In this document: piece after piece, positions 10,758-20,113 of the stretch | Numbering within the stretch: position 1 is the stretch's first letter | Layout of the letters: each line of letters opens with the position of its first letter | DNA from: Tabrizicola sp. | GTDB taxonomy: Bacteria; Pseudomonadota; Alphaproteobacteria; Rhodobacterales; Rhodobacteraceae | Assembly (NCBI GenBank): GCA_012032275.1 | Contig: JAAURK010000001.1 | Coordinates: forward strand, 1 to 56,477 | DNA length: 56,477 nucleotides | Direction: 5' to 3' | Notes under the pieces: generated by a model | What the model saw: the letters and a program-made list of their open reading frames with translations, nothing else | Databases searched by the model: none | What the model was told of the DNA's origin: nothing | Made by a program: the position numbers and the translations under genes

Positions 10758-11468
10758 TTACTCCGAACTGAGGGTTGCGTTGGTCAGCCGCAGAACCTTG
10801 GCCACATGGCCCACGGTTTCGGCGTAAGGGGGAATGCCGCCGTACTCACGGACCGCTTCGGGTCCGGCGTTGTAGGCGGCGAGAGCAAGATCGGCGGCGG
10901 CGAAGTCCTCAAGCTGTGCGAGGAGATAGCGGGCCGAGCCGTGAAGGTTGTCTTCCGGATCATGGGGGTCGACGCCGAGGAGATTGGCGGTTCCGGGCAT
11001 CAACTGCCCAAGACCGATGGCGCCGACCGATGAGCGCGCATCCGGATTGAAGGCGGATTCTACAGCGATATTGGCCCGGAAGAGCGCAAGCCATTCCGTC
11101 CCGGAGAGACCCGCCGCCTTCAGCGCTGGATGGCGGAGGTAGTCGTCGCCGACATCAAGAACTAGGTCCTCGATCTCGGCCGTGCCATGCGGACCCCTGC
11201 CCGTCTGGGTCGTGCCATAGGACGCAATAACAACGAGACTGTTCTCAGCGGCATCGGTCGCAACACCATCTGTGAACTCGACGCCGTTCAGATCGCCGCG
11301 CTTGGGAAGCTCTTTGCCAAAATCGAGAACGCTGGCCCGAACCCGCAGGTCCTCTGTGCCGGCCCCAAGGTCGATGACCTCGGCCACGGCACCTTGAACA
11401 GCGATGAGCCAAAGCGCCAGCCCTGCGCCGAGGGTCAGATCAGGGAATGGGCTCCACTGCTGCGTCAT
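10758..11468 (-). CDS. virB1: VirB1-like lytic transglycosylase
   Basis: SLT motifs [26 protein letters not shown] and [19 protein letters not shown]. First conserved gene of the block. Confidence 0.8.
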   Translation of the reverse strand: MTQQWSPFPDLTLGAGLALWLIAVQGAVAEVIDLGAGTEDLRVRASVLDFGKELPKRGDLNGVEFTDGVATDAAENSLVVIASYGTTQTGRGPHGTAEIEDLVLDVGDDYLRHPALKAAGLSGTEWLALFRANIAVESAFNPDARSSVGAIGLGQLMPGTANLLGVDPHDPEDNLHGSARYLLAQLEDFAAADLALAAYNAGPEAVREYGGIPPYAETVGHVAKVLRLTNATLSSE

Positions 11469-11760
11469 GGGTCCAGATCGCCTTCTCGCCCTTCTTCAAA
11501 GGAACAGGGACCGTGGTCAGACCCAACTCGACCGCGAAGGAGATGAGACCGGTCACGGTCTTGAACTCCCGGGGTTCGAGCCCGCGCGAGATCACCAGAA
11601 GGGCTGTCTGGTCGCCAAGGCGCAATTGGATGCGCCAGGTGCCTTGCCAGACATTGAGAACCTTCTTTGCGTCCTCGACACAGAGGGCTTCGACGATGCC
11701 GCCTTCGGTCAGGGCCTCCTTAAGTCCGGCCTGCAAGATCACCGGGGTCAAGTTCCTCAT
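11440..11760 (-). CDS. Hypothetical 106-aa protein at the head of the virB operon
   Basis: ATG at 11760 ([17 protein letters not shown]...). Overlaps the virB1 start by 29 nt. No motif recognised. Confidence 0.4.
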   Translation of the reverse strand: MRNLTPVILQAGLKEALTEGGIVEALCVEDAKKVLNVWQGTWRIQLRLGDQTALLVISRGLEPREFKTVTGLISFAVELGLTTVPVPLKKGEKAIWTHDAAVEPIP

Positions 11761-11928
11761 GGGTTGGCACCTTCCGAAAGCAACACGCTCACGGCAGAAC
11801 ATAGTGCATGTTGCGCTGATGAGAAACATGTCGTCGCACAACATGGCGCTCACCTATCGGTAGAATCCTGTTGCGTCAATAGCGGTGTTTTGCAATTCAT
11901 GCACATGTTTTGAAACCCCGGACCGTGC

Positions 11929-12231
11929 ATGCCCCTTCTCCGCTCCAGACGCGCTCGCCTTGTCGTCACCACCCTGCTCAAGATGCTTGTCTGCGGCGTC
12001 GCTCAGGGTGCGACGGCGTTGGACTGCCTGCCGCCGGTCCCGCCTGCACCAGTGACCGATGCTGCCACGCGTGCGGAATATCGCACGGAGATCGGGCAGG
12101 AGTTCACGGCCTATTTCGATGAGGCACAGGCCTATCTGCGCTGTCTCGATGCTGCGCGTGCCGAGGTGTCCGAAGAGATCAACCGCGCGATCCACGACTA
12201 CCAGGCTCTAGGCCAAGACCCGGACGGCTGA
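11929..12231 (+). CDS. Small secreted hypothetical protein
   Basis: 100 aa with a signal peptide and possible lipobox (LKMLVCG). Divergent from the virB operon. Confidence 0.4.
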   Translation: MPLLRSRRARLVVTTLLKMLVCGVAQGATALDCLPPVPPAPVTDAATRAEYRTEIGQEFTAYFDEAQAYLRCLDAARAEVSEEINRAIHDYQALGQDPDG

Positions 12232-12288
12232 TCGCGCATGATCAGCTCCCCCTGCCCTTCCCCCCGGCATCTCAATAAGGAAACTCCC

Positions 12289-12930
12289 ATGACAAGACTA
12301 CGAGCAGCGGCGGCCCTCGCAGCGACCGCCGCGTTCCTCTCTCTTCCGGTGCCAGCCGCCGCCTACCCTGTCGATTGCGCGATTCTTCTTTGCCTCGCTG
12401 GCGGCTGGCCAGCCTCGGCAGAATGCTCCCATGCCCGTACCGTCTTCATCGCCCGCATCACACCATGGCCGGTCGAGCCGCCGCTGCAAATCTGGAACTG
12501 CCCGATGCGCGCGAGTTTCCATGGCGCGGCGAAACCGCTTGAGCGCTTGTTCGACATCGCCGTGCGCGGCGGGCCGGTGCCGTTTATCTCGATCCCGGAA
12601 ACGCCGGCGGCGCTTCAGCTTGTCCAGGATCGTGCGGATGTCGATATCTCCGATCCCGCGTTTGACTTCGTCCGCTCGATCCGCGTGTTCGAGATCACCT
12701 ACCAGCAGCGTCGCAGCTCTGATGGCGACTGCAACAGCTGGGGTGCCGTGTACATGGGTACCTATGGCGCTCAGGGCGAGTACAGCCGTCGTCGGAGCAG
12801 CGTTTCTGCGGTGCCTACCGCCTCAGACTTCGCGGCCCCGGCGGACTGTCGCAGCTACTGGCACCGGTCGGTCTTCGTCGAGTGGCGCGACTATGAAGGC
12901 AGCTACGGACACGAAGAGATACACTACTGA
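12289..12930 (+). CDS. Secreted Cys-containing hypothetical protein
   Basis: Likely start MTRLRAAAALAATAAFLSLPVPAAA. The mature N-terminus YPVDCAILLCLAGGWPASAEC is reminiscent of TrbM-type conjugation proteins (from memory, weak). Confidence 0.45.
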   Translation: MTRLRAAAALAATAAFLSLPVPAAAYPVDCAILLCLAGGWPASAECSHARTVFIARITPWPVEPPLQIWNCPMRASFHGAAKPLERLFDIAVRGGPVPFISIPETPAALQLVQDRADVDISDPAFDFVRSIRVFEITYQQRRSSDGDCNSWGAVYMGTYGAQGEYSRRRSSVSAVPTASDFAAPADCRSYWHRSVFVEWRDYEGSYGHEEIHY

Positions 12931-13146
12931 GAACCTGAACGACCGCTCTCCCCCGAAATGATCGAAAGACGAAACCCCTAGAAACAGAAACGACGCCAGA
13001 CCATAGGCCCGACGCCGCACTGATTTCCTCGTGGTAGTGAGAATTTAGCGCGAGCTTTGGGTCCGTTCAACCGGCAAATGCCTTTGCCGGAACGAAATTT
13101 TGCACGCCTCGCGGTCTGGTGTCGCCCCAAGACGGAACGACACATC

Positions 13147-13992
13147 ATGGAACTCACGACCGGCGCCATCCTGCGCCGCATCACCGAAACCCCACTCTCC
13201 ACGTCGGCGCATAAGCTCGCAACGATCATACTCGACGGGATCGCCTGGAGAGACGGCTACAATGGGCTCGAACGCGGAACGGCCGCGTTCACGCTGGCGC
13301 ATCTTGCCGAGAAGATGGGGGTTTCTCGGCAGCACCTGACGGCACTGTTGGGCGGGCTTGCTGCGTCTGGATTGGCGCTCGTCCGGTGGAAGCCGAACGG
13401 TAAGTTCGCGCCGTGGCTCTTCAGGTTCGGAGCGCACAAGGCTGCCGATGTGCCGCCAGATGTCGTGTCATCTGCGGGTGACACATCACTATCTAGAGAC
13501 TCTCATAACAAAACTATATTTGCAGGGAGGATCAAGATTGATGCAGGGACCAACGTTTATCGCACACCTTGGGCGGATCTGATCAAGGCTGCGAAAGCGT
13601 CGCTCGCCTGCTGGAATGTCGATACGCAGGTCATCTGGGAGCGTTTCCTTGCGTTCAACAGGTCGCGCGGGAATGCAGCTGTGCCCGCGGGGTTTCTGCT
13701 CGGGTTCATGCGCCGCTGGCGGACGGCCTCGCCTAACACGTCTCAAGACCCCAAGGATGGGCCAGCAGAACTGCGGACCTATGACAGGAAAGTGGAGGAG
13801 CTAAATGAGCTGATCCGGGTAGCGCCAAACAACAACCGGGGATTCCACGAAACGGATCTTCGCAGGTTGATTGGCCAGGCAGCTTACGATGCACGCGTCC
13901 TGGACATGGTCCGGAAGTTTAGTTGCCCAAGGTTCGCGGCAATCCTCGCGGTTCATGGACGTGCGGTGTTGGCGGGGGAGATTTCCAAGTAG
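13147..13992 (+). CDS. Winged-helix DNA-binding protein (plasmid Rep-like or regulatory), function unknown
   Basis: MELTTGAILRRI..., with HTH-like LAHLAEKMGVSRQHLTALL. A truncated paralog lies at 55247-55590. Confidence 0.5.
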   Translation: MELTTGAILRRITETPLSTSAHKLATIILDGIAWRDGYNGLERGTAAFTLAHLAEKMGVSRQHLTALLGGLAASGLALVRWKPNGKFAPWLFRFGAHKAADVPPDVVSSAGDTSLSRDSHNKTIFAGRIKIDAGTNVYRTPWADLIKAAKASLACWNVDTQVIWERFLAFNRSRGNAAVPAGFLLGFMRRWRTASPNTSQDPKDGPAELRTYDRKVEELNELIRVAPNNNRGFHETDLRRLIGQAAYDARVLDMVRKFSCPRFAAILAVHGRAVLAGEISK

Positions 13993-14531
13993 AGACAAGT
14001 TCGAAGCAGAAGGATGCCTTGGCACCGCGCGCCAGTACCTCAGGGCACCTAACCCGCTTTCACCGAAGGAAATCTAGCTTAGGATGAGGGTAGCAGCGAG
14101 CACTTGAGTCTGATCCCGGATACTAGAAATCGCGGTAATCTTCCAGAATGCCGTACGCAAGACTGGACCGATTGCAAAAGCCGGTTGGACGCATTTCCAG
14201 AAGAGCTGATCTGCCGAGAAGACGGACCTGCATCTACGCCGGGGTTCAATCGACCAATGCTCGAGGGGTCGCGACGCATTCCCCAGCAGTCGAATACTAT
14301 GCGGGCGTCGAGTTTCGTGGTCTCTCCGCTCCCAAGGTTCGGCTACGGGCGGAGCGTACCGGGCGCAGGATCCAGCCGGGCTGACGACTTTGTGGGGGCC
14401 AATGTTGGCACGGCTAAAGAGAGCCTGCGCACAGGCCCGCTGGCGCAGCTGCAGGACAATTCTCTGGCCACACGCGCCACTGCCCGCGCCGCGCATGGCT
14501 GGATCATGGACATCTACCTGATCCGGAAGAC

Positions 14532-15578
14532 CTAAGGTCGCCGCGCCATCATCCAGATAAAGAACAGCCCGCCCACAAGGCCGGTAACCACGCCGATCGG
14601 CATGTCTTCGGGGGCGACAGCTACCCGCGCCAGCGCGTCGGCCCAGATCAGGAACACCGCCCCCGCCAGTGCCGAGGCCGGCAGGACGCGCGCGTTGTCG
14701 CCGCCCACAAGCAGCCGCACCAGATGCGGCATCATCAGGCCGACAAAACCGATGATCCCGGAAAAAGCGACCATCACCCCGGTAATCAGGGCGCAGACCA
14801 CAAAGACCGTCAGACGAAACCGGCCGACTTCGATCCCGAGGCTCGCCGCCGTCTCGTCCCCAAGGCTCATAGCGTTCAGCCGCCCGGCCTGGGCCCAAAG
14901 CCACAGCCCGCAAGGCACCAGCACGGCGAGCGGCCAAATCAGATGGCTCCACTGCGCAAGGCCAAGCCCGCCCAGCATCCAGAAGACCACCGTATGGGTG
15001 GCGCGCGGATCACCGAGGAAGATCAGGATGTTGGCCCCCGCCATGATGACAAAGCTGACGGCAACTCCGGCCAGCACCAGCCGGTCGGCGCTGCTTGCGC
15101 CGGCCAGTCTGGCGACCCCGAGGACCAGCAGTGTTGCCAGCAGCGCCCCGCCGAAGGCCATCAGCGGGACGGTGAGCAGGCCCAGAAACATGCCTGTGTG
15201 CAGAAGGGCCGCAATCGCACCAAAGGCCCCGCCCGACGAGATGCCCAGAAGATGCGGATCGGCCAGCGGGTTGCGTGTCACCGATTGCAGCGCCGCGCCC
15301 ACAAGGCCGAGCCCCGCGCCCACGAGGCCCGCCAGGATCACCCGGGGAAAGCGGATTTCCCAGACGATGTTCTCGCGCCCCAGGCTCCAATCCGCCTCCA
15401 CCAGCCCTGGTACAAGTCGGTTGAGCGCGATGCCCCAGACCGTCCCGGATGGGATCGCCACCGCCCCGACAGACACCGCCAGCACGATCGACAGGACAAC
15501 CACGGCGCCCGCAAGAAGCGCGATGGCTGTGCCGGTACCGATCCTACGCGCCAGGTTGAGGGCGGTGACATCGGTCAT
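14532..15578 (-). CDS. FecCD/BtuC-family ABC permease
   Basis: 348 aa, polytopic, with typical FecCD family features. Confidence 0.9.
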   Translation of the reverse strand: MTDVTALNLARRIGTGTAIALLAGAVVVLSIVLAVSVGAVAIPSGTVWGIALNRLVPGLVEADWSLGRENIVWEIRFPRVILAGLVGAGLGLVGAALQSVTRNPLADPHLLGISSGGAFGAIAALLHTGMFLGLLTVPLMAFGGALLATLLVLGVARLAGASSADRLVLAGVAVSFVIMAGANILIFLGDPRATHTVVFWMLGGLGLAQWSHLIWPLAVLVPCGLWLWAQAGRLNAMSLGDETAASLGIEVGRFRLTVFVVCALITGVMVAFSGIIGFVGLMMPHLVRLLVGGDNARVLPASALAGAVFLIWADALARVAVAPEDMPIGVVTGLVGGLFFIWMMARRP

Positions 15579-15581
15579 GGA

Positions 15582-16517
15582 TTACTGGCCCCAGAAGCCG
15601 GCGACGAGTTTCTCGACCGCCTTGATGTTGCGCGGGCCCGGCGTCGCCTCGACGTATTCCAGCACGACGAAGCGGTCATTCTTCACGGCGTCAATCCCGG
15701 CAAAGGCGGGGTTCTCCTTCATGAACGCGATTTTCTGTTCGGCCGTCACGTCGCCATAGTTGACGATCACCACCACCTCGGGGTTGCGCTCGACCACCGG
15801 CTCCCAGCCGATCTCGGCCCAGCTTTTCTCCAGATCGTCCATGATGTTGGTGCCACCCGCCGCCTCGATCAGCGCGGTCGGCATGGCATAGGCCCCGGCG
15901 GTAAAGGGAGCCTCTTCGCCGCTGTCATAGACAAACACGCGCAGAGGGCTGCTGCGGTCCACGCCTGCCGTGGCCTCGGCCAGTTGCGCCTTCCAGCCTG
16001 CGACCAGTTCATTGGCCTTGGCCTCGACCCCGAAGATGCGGCCAAGGTTCAGGATGTCATTGTACATGTCATCCATGCTGGATTTGGCCTTTGGGCCGAT
16101 GTGGATGCAGCTTTCCGTCAGCTCGTAGACCGCGATGCCGAAGAGGGCGAGGGTCTCGGGCGTGACCTCTCCGCCCACCTTCATGCCGTAGTTCCAGCCG
16201 GCAAAGAAGAAATCAGGCTCGGCCCCGGCGAGAACCTCCTTGGTCGGATATTTGGCCGAAAGTTCCGGCAGTTCGGCCACGCCCGCACGCATGTCCTCGT
16301 CCAGCGTCTTCCAGCCGGAGATGCCGGTGTAGCCCACCATCCGGTCGCGTAGGCCAAGAACCAGCATCATCTCGGTCAGGTTGACGTCGTTCGAGATCGC
16401 ACGGGCGGGGGCGGCGTCGAAGGTGACCTCGCGGTCGCAGCTTTTCACGGTGACCGGGTAAGCAAGGGCCGCAGTGGCGGAAAGCATCAGGGCAACAAGG
16501 GACAGACGGATCATCAT
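15582..16517 (-). CDS. Periplasmic substrate-binding protein (BtuF/FhuD class)
   Basis: 311 aa with a signal peptide. Sits between the ATPase and the permease. Confidence 0.85.
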   Translation of the reverse strand: MMIRLSLVALMLSATAALAYPVTVKSCDREVTFDAAPARAISNDVNLTEMMLVLGLRDRMVGYTGISGWKTLDEDMRAGVAELPELSAKYPTKEVLAGAEPDFFFAGWNYGMKVGGEVTPETLALFGIAVYELTESCIHIGPKAKSSMDDMYNDILNLGRIFGVEAKANELVAGWKAQLAEATAGVDRSSPLRVFVYDSGEEAPFTAGAYAMPTALIEAAGGTNIMDDLEKSWAEIGWEPVVERNPEVVVIVNYGDVTAEQKIAFMKENPAFAGIDAVKNDRFVVLEYVEATPGPRNIKAVEKLVAGFWGQ

Positions 16518-16531
16518 GGGGTCCTTTATGG

Positions 16532-17305
16532 TCAGAGATGGAAGGAAAAGCGCGGCGTGTTGCCGCTGCGGTCGATGCGGGCCCGCACGTTGAAGGCCTG
16601 GGCAAGGGTGGCCTCGGTCAAGGCCTTGTCCGGCGGGCCGTCGGCGAGGATGCGGCCGTCCCTCAGGATCAGCACCCGTTCGGCGAACTCGGCCGCCAGC
16701 GTCAGGTCGTGCAGCGTGGCGATGACCGTCAGGCCAAGGCCTTTGAGCAACGCCAGCAGTTCGAGCTGGTGGCGGATATCAAGGTGATTGGTCGGCTCAT
16801 CCAGCACGATGACGCGCGGCTCCTGCGCCAGCGCCCGGGCGACCATCACGCGTTGGCGTTCCCCGCCCGAGAGCGTGCCGAAGGCTCGGTCCGCCATGGC
16901 CTCCAGATCCATGCGCCGGATCGCGGCATGGATGATTGCGGCATCCTCGCCGCCCGGTGTGGACAGACCAGCCCCCCATCCCTTGCGATGCGGCAGACGG
17001 CCAAGCGCCACGATCTGCCGCGCGGTCAGGGCAAAGTCGGTCGGCTGCTCCTGCAGCACGGCGGCCAGATGGCGCGCGGCCTCGGGCGCACCCATCAGCC
17101 AGATATCCTTGCCCATCAGCCTGATCGTGCCCCGGCGCGGGGCCTGATGTCGGTAGATCAGCCGCAACAGCGAGGATTTCCCCGCCCCGTTCGCCCCGCA
17201 GATCGCCATGACCTGCCCCTGTGGCACGGCAAAGCTGAGGTCCGACAGGATGTCGCCCTGCCCTCGCGGGCCCCATGAAACGCCGTCCAACTCCACGACA
17301 TTCAT
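16532..17305 (-). CDS. ABC transporter ATP-binding protein
   Basis: Walker A GANGAGKSS, signature LSGGERQRV, Walker B VIVLDEPT. Confidence 0.9.
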   Translation of the reverse strand: MNVVELDGVSWGPRGQGDILSDLSFAVPQGQVMAICGANGAGKSSLLRLIYRHQAPRRGTIRLMGKDIWLMGAPEAARHLAAVLQEQPTDFALTARQIVALGRLPHRKGWGAGLSTPGGEDAAIIHAAIRRMDLEAMADRAFGTLSGGERQRVMVARALAQEPRVIVLDEPTNHLDIRHQLELLALLKGLGLTVIATLHDLTLAAEFAERVLILRDGRILADGPPDKALTEATLAQAFNVRARIDRSGNTPRFSFHL

Positions 17306-17769
17306 TGAAGGACACCCTCACGGGTGACGATCATCGCCGCCGGGATGCGGGCGAGCGTGTTATCGCACAGCCGCGGCGGGCAGTCGCGCCCCGACAGCCA
17401 GCCATCCTCGACCGCCGCGTAAAGCCGCGAGAATTCTACAAGGTCGTCAATGGGTTGCGCCGGGTCGATGTCACCAAAAAGCCAGGTCGCCTTGGCCGTG
17501 GCGCGCCAGCCGACAACGCAAGCCCCGCCATGAGCGGGCACGCAGCCCGCAAGGCATGCCGTGCCCGAAACTTCGAACTCCACGTCAAGACCCGCCGCCT
17601 GAATGGCCGCGCGCAGCTTTTTCAAGAGCGCATGGCCCGGCGCGCAGGCCTCGCCCTTGTGCTTGCAGGCCTTGCAGACCAGAATCTGATGCGGCGCAGA
17701 TTGCGCCACCGAATAGGCGGGCGTGGCCACAGGCCGCGCGGCAGGGGGCCGCCCCTTGCGTTCAACCAT
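17302..17769 (-). CDS. DUF1636-type metal-binding (thioredoxin-like ferredoxin fold) protein
   Basis: Start MVERKG at 17769, preceded by GGAAGGAG. Contains CKACKHKGEAC and other Cys clusters. ATGA overlap with the ATPase gene. Confidence 0.7.
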   Translation of the reverse strand: MVERKGRPPAARPVATPAYSVAQSAPHQILVCKACKHKGEACAPGHALLKKLRAAIQAAGLDVEFEVSGTACLAGCVPAHGGACVVGWRATAKATWLFGDIDPAQPIDDLVEFSRLYAAVEDGWLSGRDCPPRLCDNTLARIPAAMIVTREGVLQ

Positions 17770-17794
17770 CGCATGCTCCTTCCGGGACACCCCG

Positions 17795-18000
17795 CCCGGT
17801 GGGTTTCAGATTGCGATGGCAGGTCTCCTGACTCGCGGGTCGTGGCTCTCCCCACCTTCCCGGTCCTATCGGACCAGAGGCATCGGGGGTCGCTCGCCGC
17901 CTACAGTTGCGGGGGCAGTCACGGACTGGGCGGCTGATGCCTACACCCGACCCGTGTTCCCTTTTCACCCGACTGCGCGTGGCTTGGTCGGGAACCATCA
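17795..18000 (-). promoter_or_regulatory. Cobalamin (B12) riboswitch
   Basis: The minus strand reads GGTGAAAAGGGAACACGG...GCCCCCGCAACTGTA...GGGAAGG...AGTCAGGAGACCTGCCATCGC (B12 box). It lies directly 5' of the DUF1636-ABC operon. Confidence 0.8.
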
Positions 18001-18100
18001 CTTTCTGAGTCCTGCTATTCCCCGGCGCCGTCAAGTCGCATTCCGACCAGCGGACCCAAACGAACGACATTGCCCTTCCTTGAACTTTCCATTATCGAAT

Positions 18101-18117
18101 CACGTTATATTATAACA
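18101..18117. promoter_or_regulatory. Zur-box-like palindrome ACGTTATATTATAACAT
   Basis: A 6-1-6 palindrome GTTATA-T-TATAAC in GC-rich DNA, 14 nt upstream of a COG0523 start. Identical to the 27848-27864 site except for the central base. Confidence 0.6.
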
Positions 18118-18131
18118 TCACGCAGGATGCC

Positions 18132-19346
18132 ATGCCCCAGACCGCACAAGATACCCGCCTGCCCGTCACTGTCCTGTCCGGCTTTCTCGGCGCCGGGAAA
18201 ACCACGCTTCTGAACCATGTCCTGAACAACCGCGACGGCCGCCGCGTGGCTGTCATCGTCAATGACATGTCCGAGGTGAACATCGACGCCGACCTGATCC
18301 GAGAAGGCGCCGAGCTGTCGCGATCGGAGGAAAAACTCGTCGAGATGACGAACGGCTGCATCTGCTGCACGCTGCGCGACGATCTTCTGTCCGAGGTCCG
18401 TCGTCTTGCCGCAGAGGGGCGCTTTGACTACCTGCTGATCGAATCCACCGGCATTGCCGAACCGCTGCCAGTGGCCGCGACCTTCGACTTCCGCGACGAG
18501 GCGGGCGAAAGCCTGTCGGATGTGGCGCGGCTGGATACGATGGTGACGGTCGTGGATGCGGTGAACCTGCTGCGGGATTTCTCCAGCCACGACTTCCTTG
18601 CCGACCGGGGCGAGAGCCTGGGGGAGGCGGACAACCGCAGCCTGGTGACCCTGCTGACCGAACAGATGGAATTCGCCGATGTGATCTTGCTGAACAAGGT
18701 CGCCGACGCCAGCCCTTCGCAGGTCGATGCCGCCCGCAAGATCATCCGCGCGCTGAACCCCGATGCGCGCGTGATCGAAACCAGCCACAGCCGCGTCGAT
18801 CCCGATGCGATCTTCGACACCGGGCTCTTCGATTTCGACACCGCGCATGAACATCCGATGTGGGCCAAAGAGCTTTACGGCTTTGCCAACCACACGCCCG
18901 AGACCGAGGAGTACGGCATCACCTCCTTCGTCTACCACGCCCGCGAGCCCTTTCATCCGGCCAAGATCCATACCGTCCTGAACGGCGATTTGCCCGGCGT
19001 GATCCGAGCCAAGGGCCATTTCTGGATCGCCACGCGGCCCGATTGGGTGGCCGAGTTCTCTCTCGCCGGGGCCATGTCCTCGGTCACGCCGCTGGGGCGC
19101 TGGTGGGCCTCGGTTCCGCCGGACCGGCTGCCCAAGCACCCCGATGCACAGGCAGAAATCGCCCGGAACTGGGCCGAGCCCTGGGGCGACCGGCGGCAGG
19201 AAATCGTCTTCATCGGTGCGGGGTTTGACCGTGAAGCGATCTCGGCCGCGCTGAACGCTGCGCTGGTCACAAGCTGCGACTTCACCCCGCAAGCCTGGAC
19301 AAGGTTGCCCGATCCCTTCCCGGTCTGGGGGCAGAAGGCTGCGTGA
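18132..19346 (+). CDS. COG0523 family GTPase (ZigA/YeiR-type zinc metallochaperone)
   Basis: [13 protein letters not shown]-loop, [11 protein letters not shown]xCC motif, and a long C-terminal domain. Confidence 0.9.
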   Translation: MPQTAQDTRLPVTVLSGFLGAGKTTLLNHVLNNRDGRRVAVIVNDMSEVNIDADLIREGAELSRSEEKLVEMTNGCICCTLRDDLLSEVRRLAAEGRFDYLLIESTGIAEPLPVAATFDFRDEAGESLSDVARLDTMVTVVDAVNLLRDFSSHDFLADRGESLGEADNRSLVTLLTEQMEFADVILLNKVADASPSQVDAARKIIRALNPDARVIETSHSRVDPDAIFDTGLFDFDTAHEHPMWAKELYGFANHTPETEEYGITSFVYHAREPFHPAKIHTVLNGDLPGVIRAKGHFWIATRPDWVAEFSLAGAMSSVTPLGRWWASVPPDRLPKHPDAQAEIARNWAEPWGDRRQEIVFIGAGFDREAISAALNAALVTSCDFTPQAWTRLPDPFPVWGQKAA

Positions 19347-19992
19347 TGGTGCTTGCTTCGCACTCCCGCAGCCGGGCAGTCTGGGCGACGCGGTCGGATC
19401 GGGCCGAAGACCTTGCCCGCATCCAGCATAGGGGGATTGCCGCGGCGATCTGGCATCGCACCCGCGACCCGGGCTTTGCCGGCTGGATCGACGCCCTTTC
19501 GCCGGACCAGCTTCCGCGACTGCGCGCGCTTGTCGCGTGCCCGCCGTGGAAAACGCCATGCAGGCCGCCTGTGAGGCCGCCAGTCTGCCTCCGTCGCCTT
19601 GGCGGGACATGCTGGCGGGCGACTGTGCGGCGCTGGCCGTCCTCTTCGGCGACATCATGGCGACGCCGCTGGTTCAGCTTCGGCTGGATGTCATCCAGAC
19701 GGATGCCTGCAAGCGCTTCCACCTCGACCGCGTGCCCGCGCGGCTTCTCTGCACCTATCGCGGGCGGGGAACCGAGTTCGGGCCTGCGACACCAGAGGGC
19801 GGCGTGACCCGCATCTCGCCCCTCGCGACCGGCGAGGCCGCGCTCTTCCGCGGAAGCCTCTGGCCTACCGAGGATTGCGGGCTTCTGCACCGGTCACCAC
19901 CCATCGCAGGCACGGGAGAGACGCGACTTCTCCTGGTCATCGATGTGCCAGAGGATGACGAAGACGACTGCGGCTGCGGCCAGCCGCACTGA
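19346..19992 (+). CDS. DUF1826-like protein, frame broken near 19533-19538
   Basis: TGATG coupling to the COG0523 gene. The N-terminal part is in ORF 19343..19807 up to LPRLRALVA. It continues VPAVENAMQAACE... in ORF 19537..19992. The family call is from memory. Confidence 0.5.
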
Positions 19993-20113
19993 CGTCAGAC
20001 ATCAGGCGCGGATCGCTTTGAGGTCCTTCTGACACGGCAAAGTGGCATGGGTGGCCCGGATTTAAGTGGCCATAGCAGGCGGACCGGCGCCTGGCTTCAA
20101 TAGTCACCCAACT

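Noticed and set aside
352-11468. Reading the five T4SS frame breaks as biological inactivation of the conjugation system
   Set aside because: The same one-base-missing signature occurs in unrelated zinc, copper and efflux genes. The broken genes show no other decay. An artefact is the more economical explanation, but only read data can settle it.
11560-11605. tRNA-like T-arm CCGGGGTTCGAGCCCGC
   Set aside because: There is no matching acceptor stem, anticodon arm or properly placed CCA. It lies inside a coding region, so the GGTTCGAG is a chance match.
12930-13146. GAACGAC-type repeats and the CCGGCAAA-tgcc-TTTGCCGG hairpin upstream of the wHTH gene, considered as iterons/oriV
   Set aside because: There are only 3-4 short, irregularly spaced copies, with no DnaA box or AT-rich unwinding element. 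This is not enough to call an origin.
14104-14535. 143-aa ORF in the low-coding spacer
   Set aside because: It has no motifs, atypical composition and no ribosome-binding site. It may be a decayed remnant, but I cannot support a call.
14724-16352. 542-aa plus-strand ORF. The same class includes 18105..19658 (517 aa, minus) and 41589..43091 (500 aa, plus).
   Set aside because: Each is antisense to a strongly supported gene (ABC permease/SBP, COG0523, IS66 tnpC) and has Arg-rich off-frame composition.
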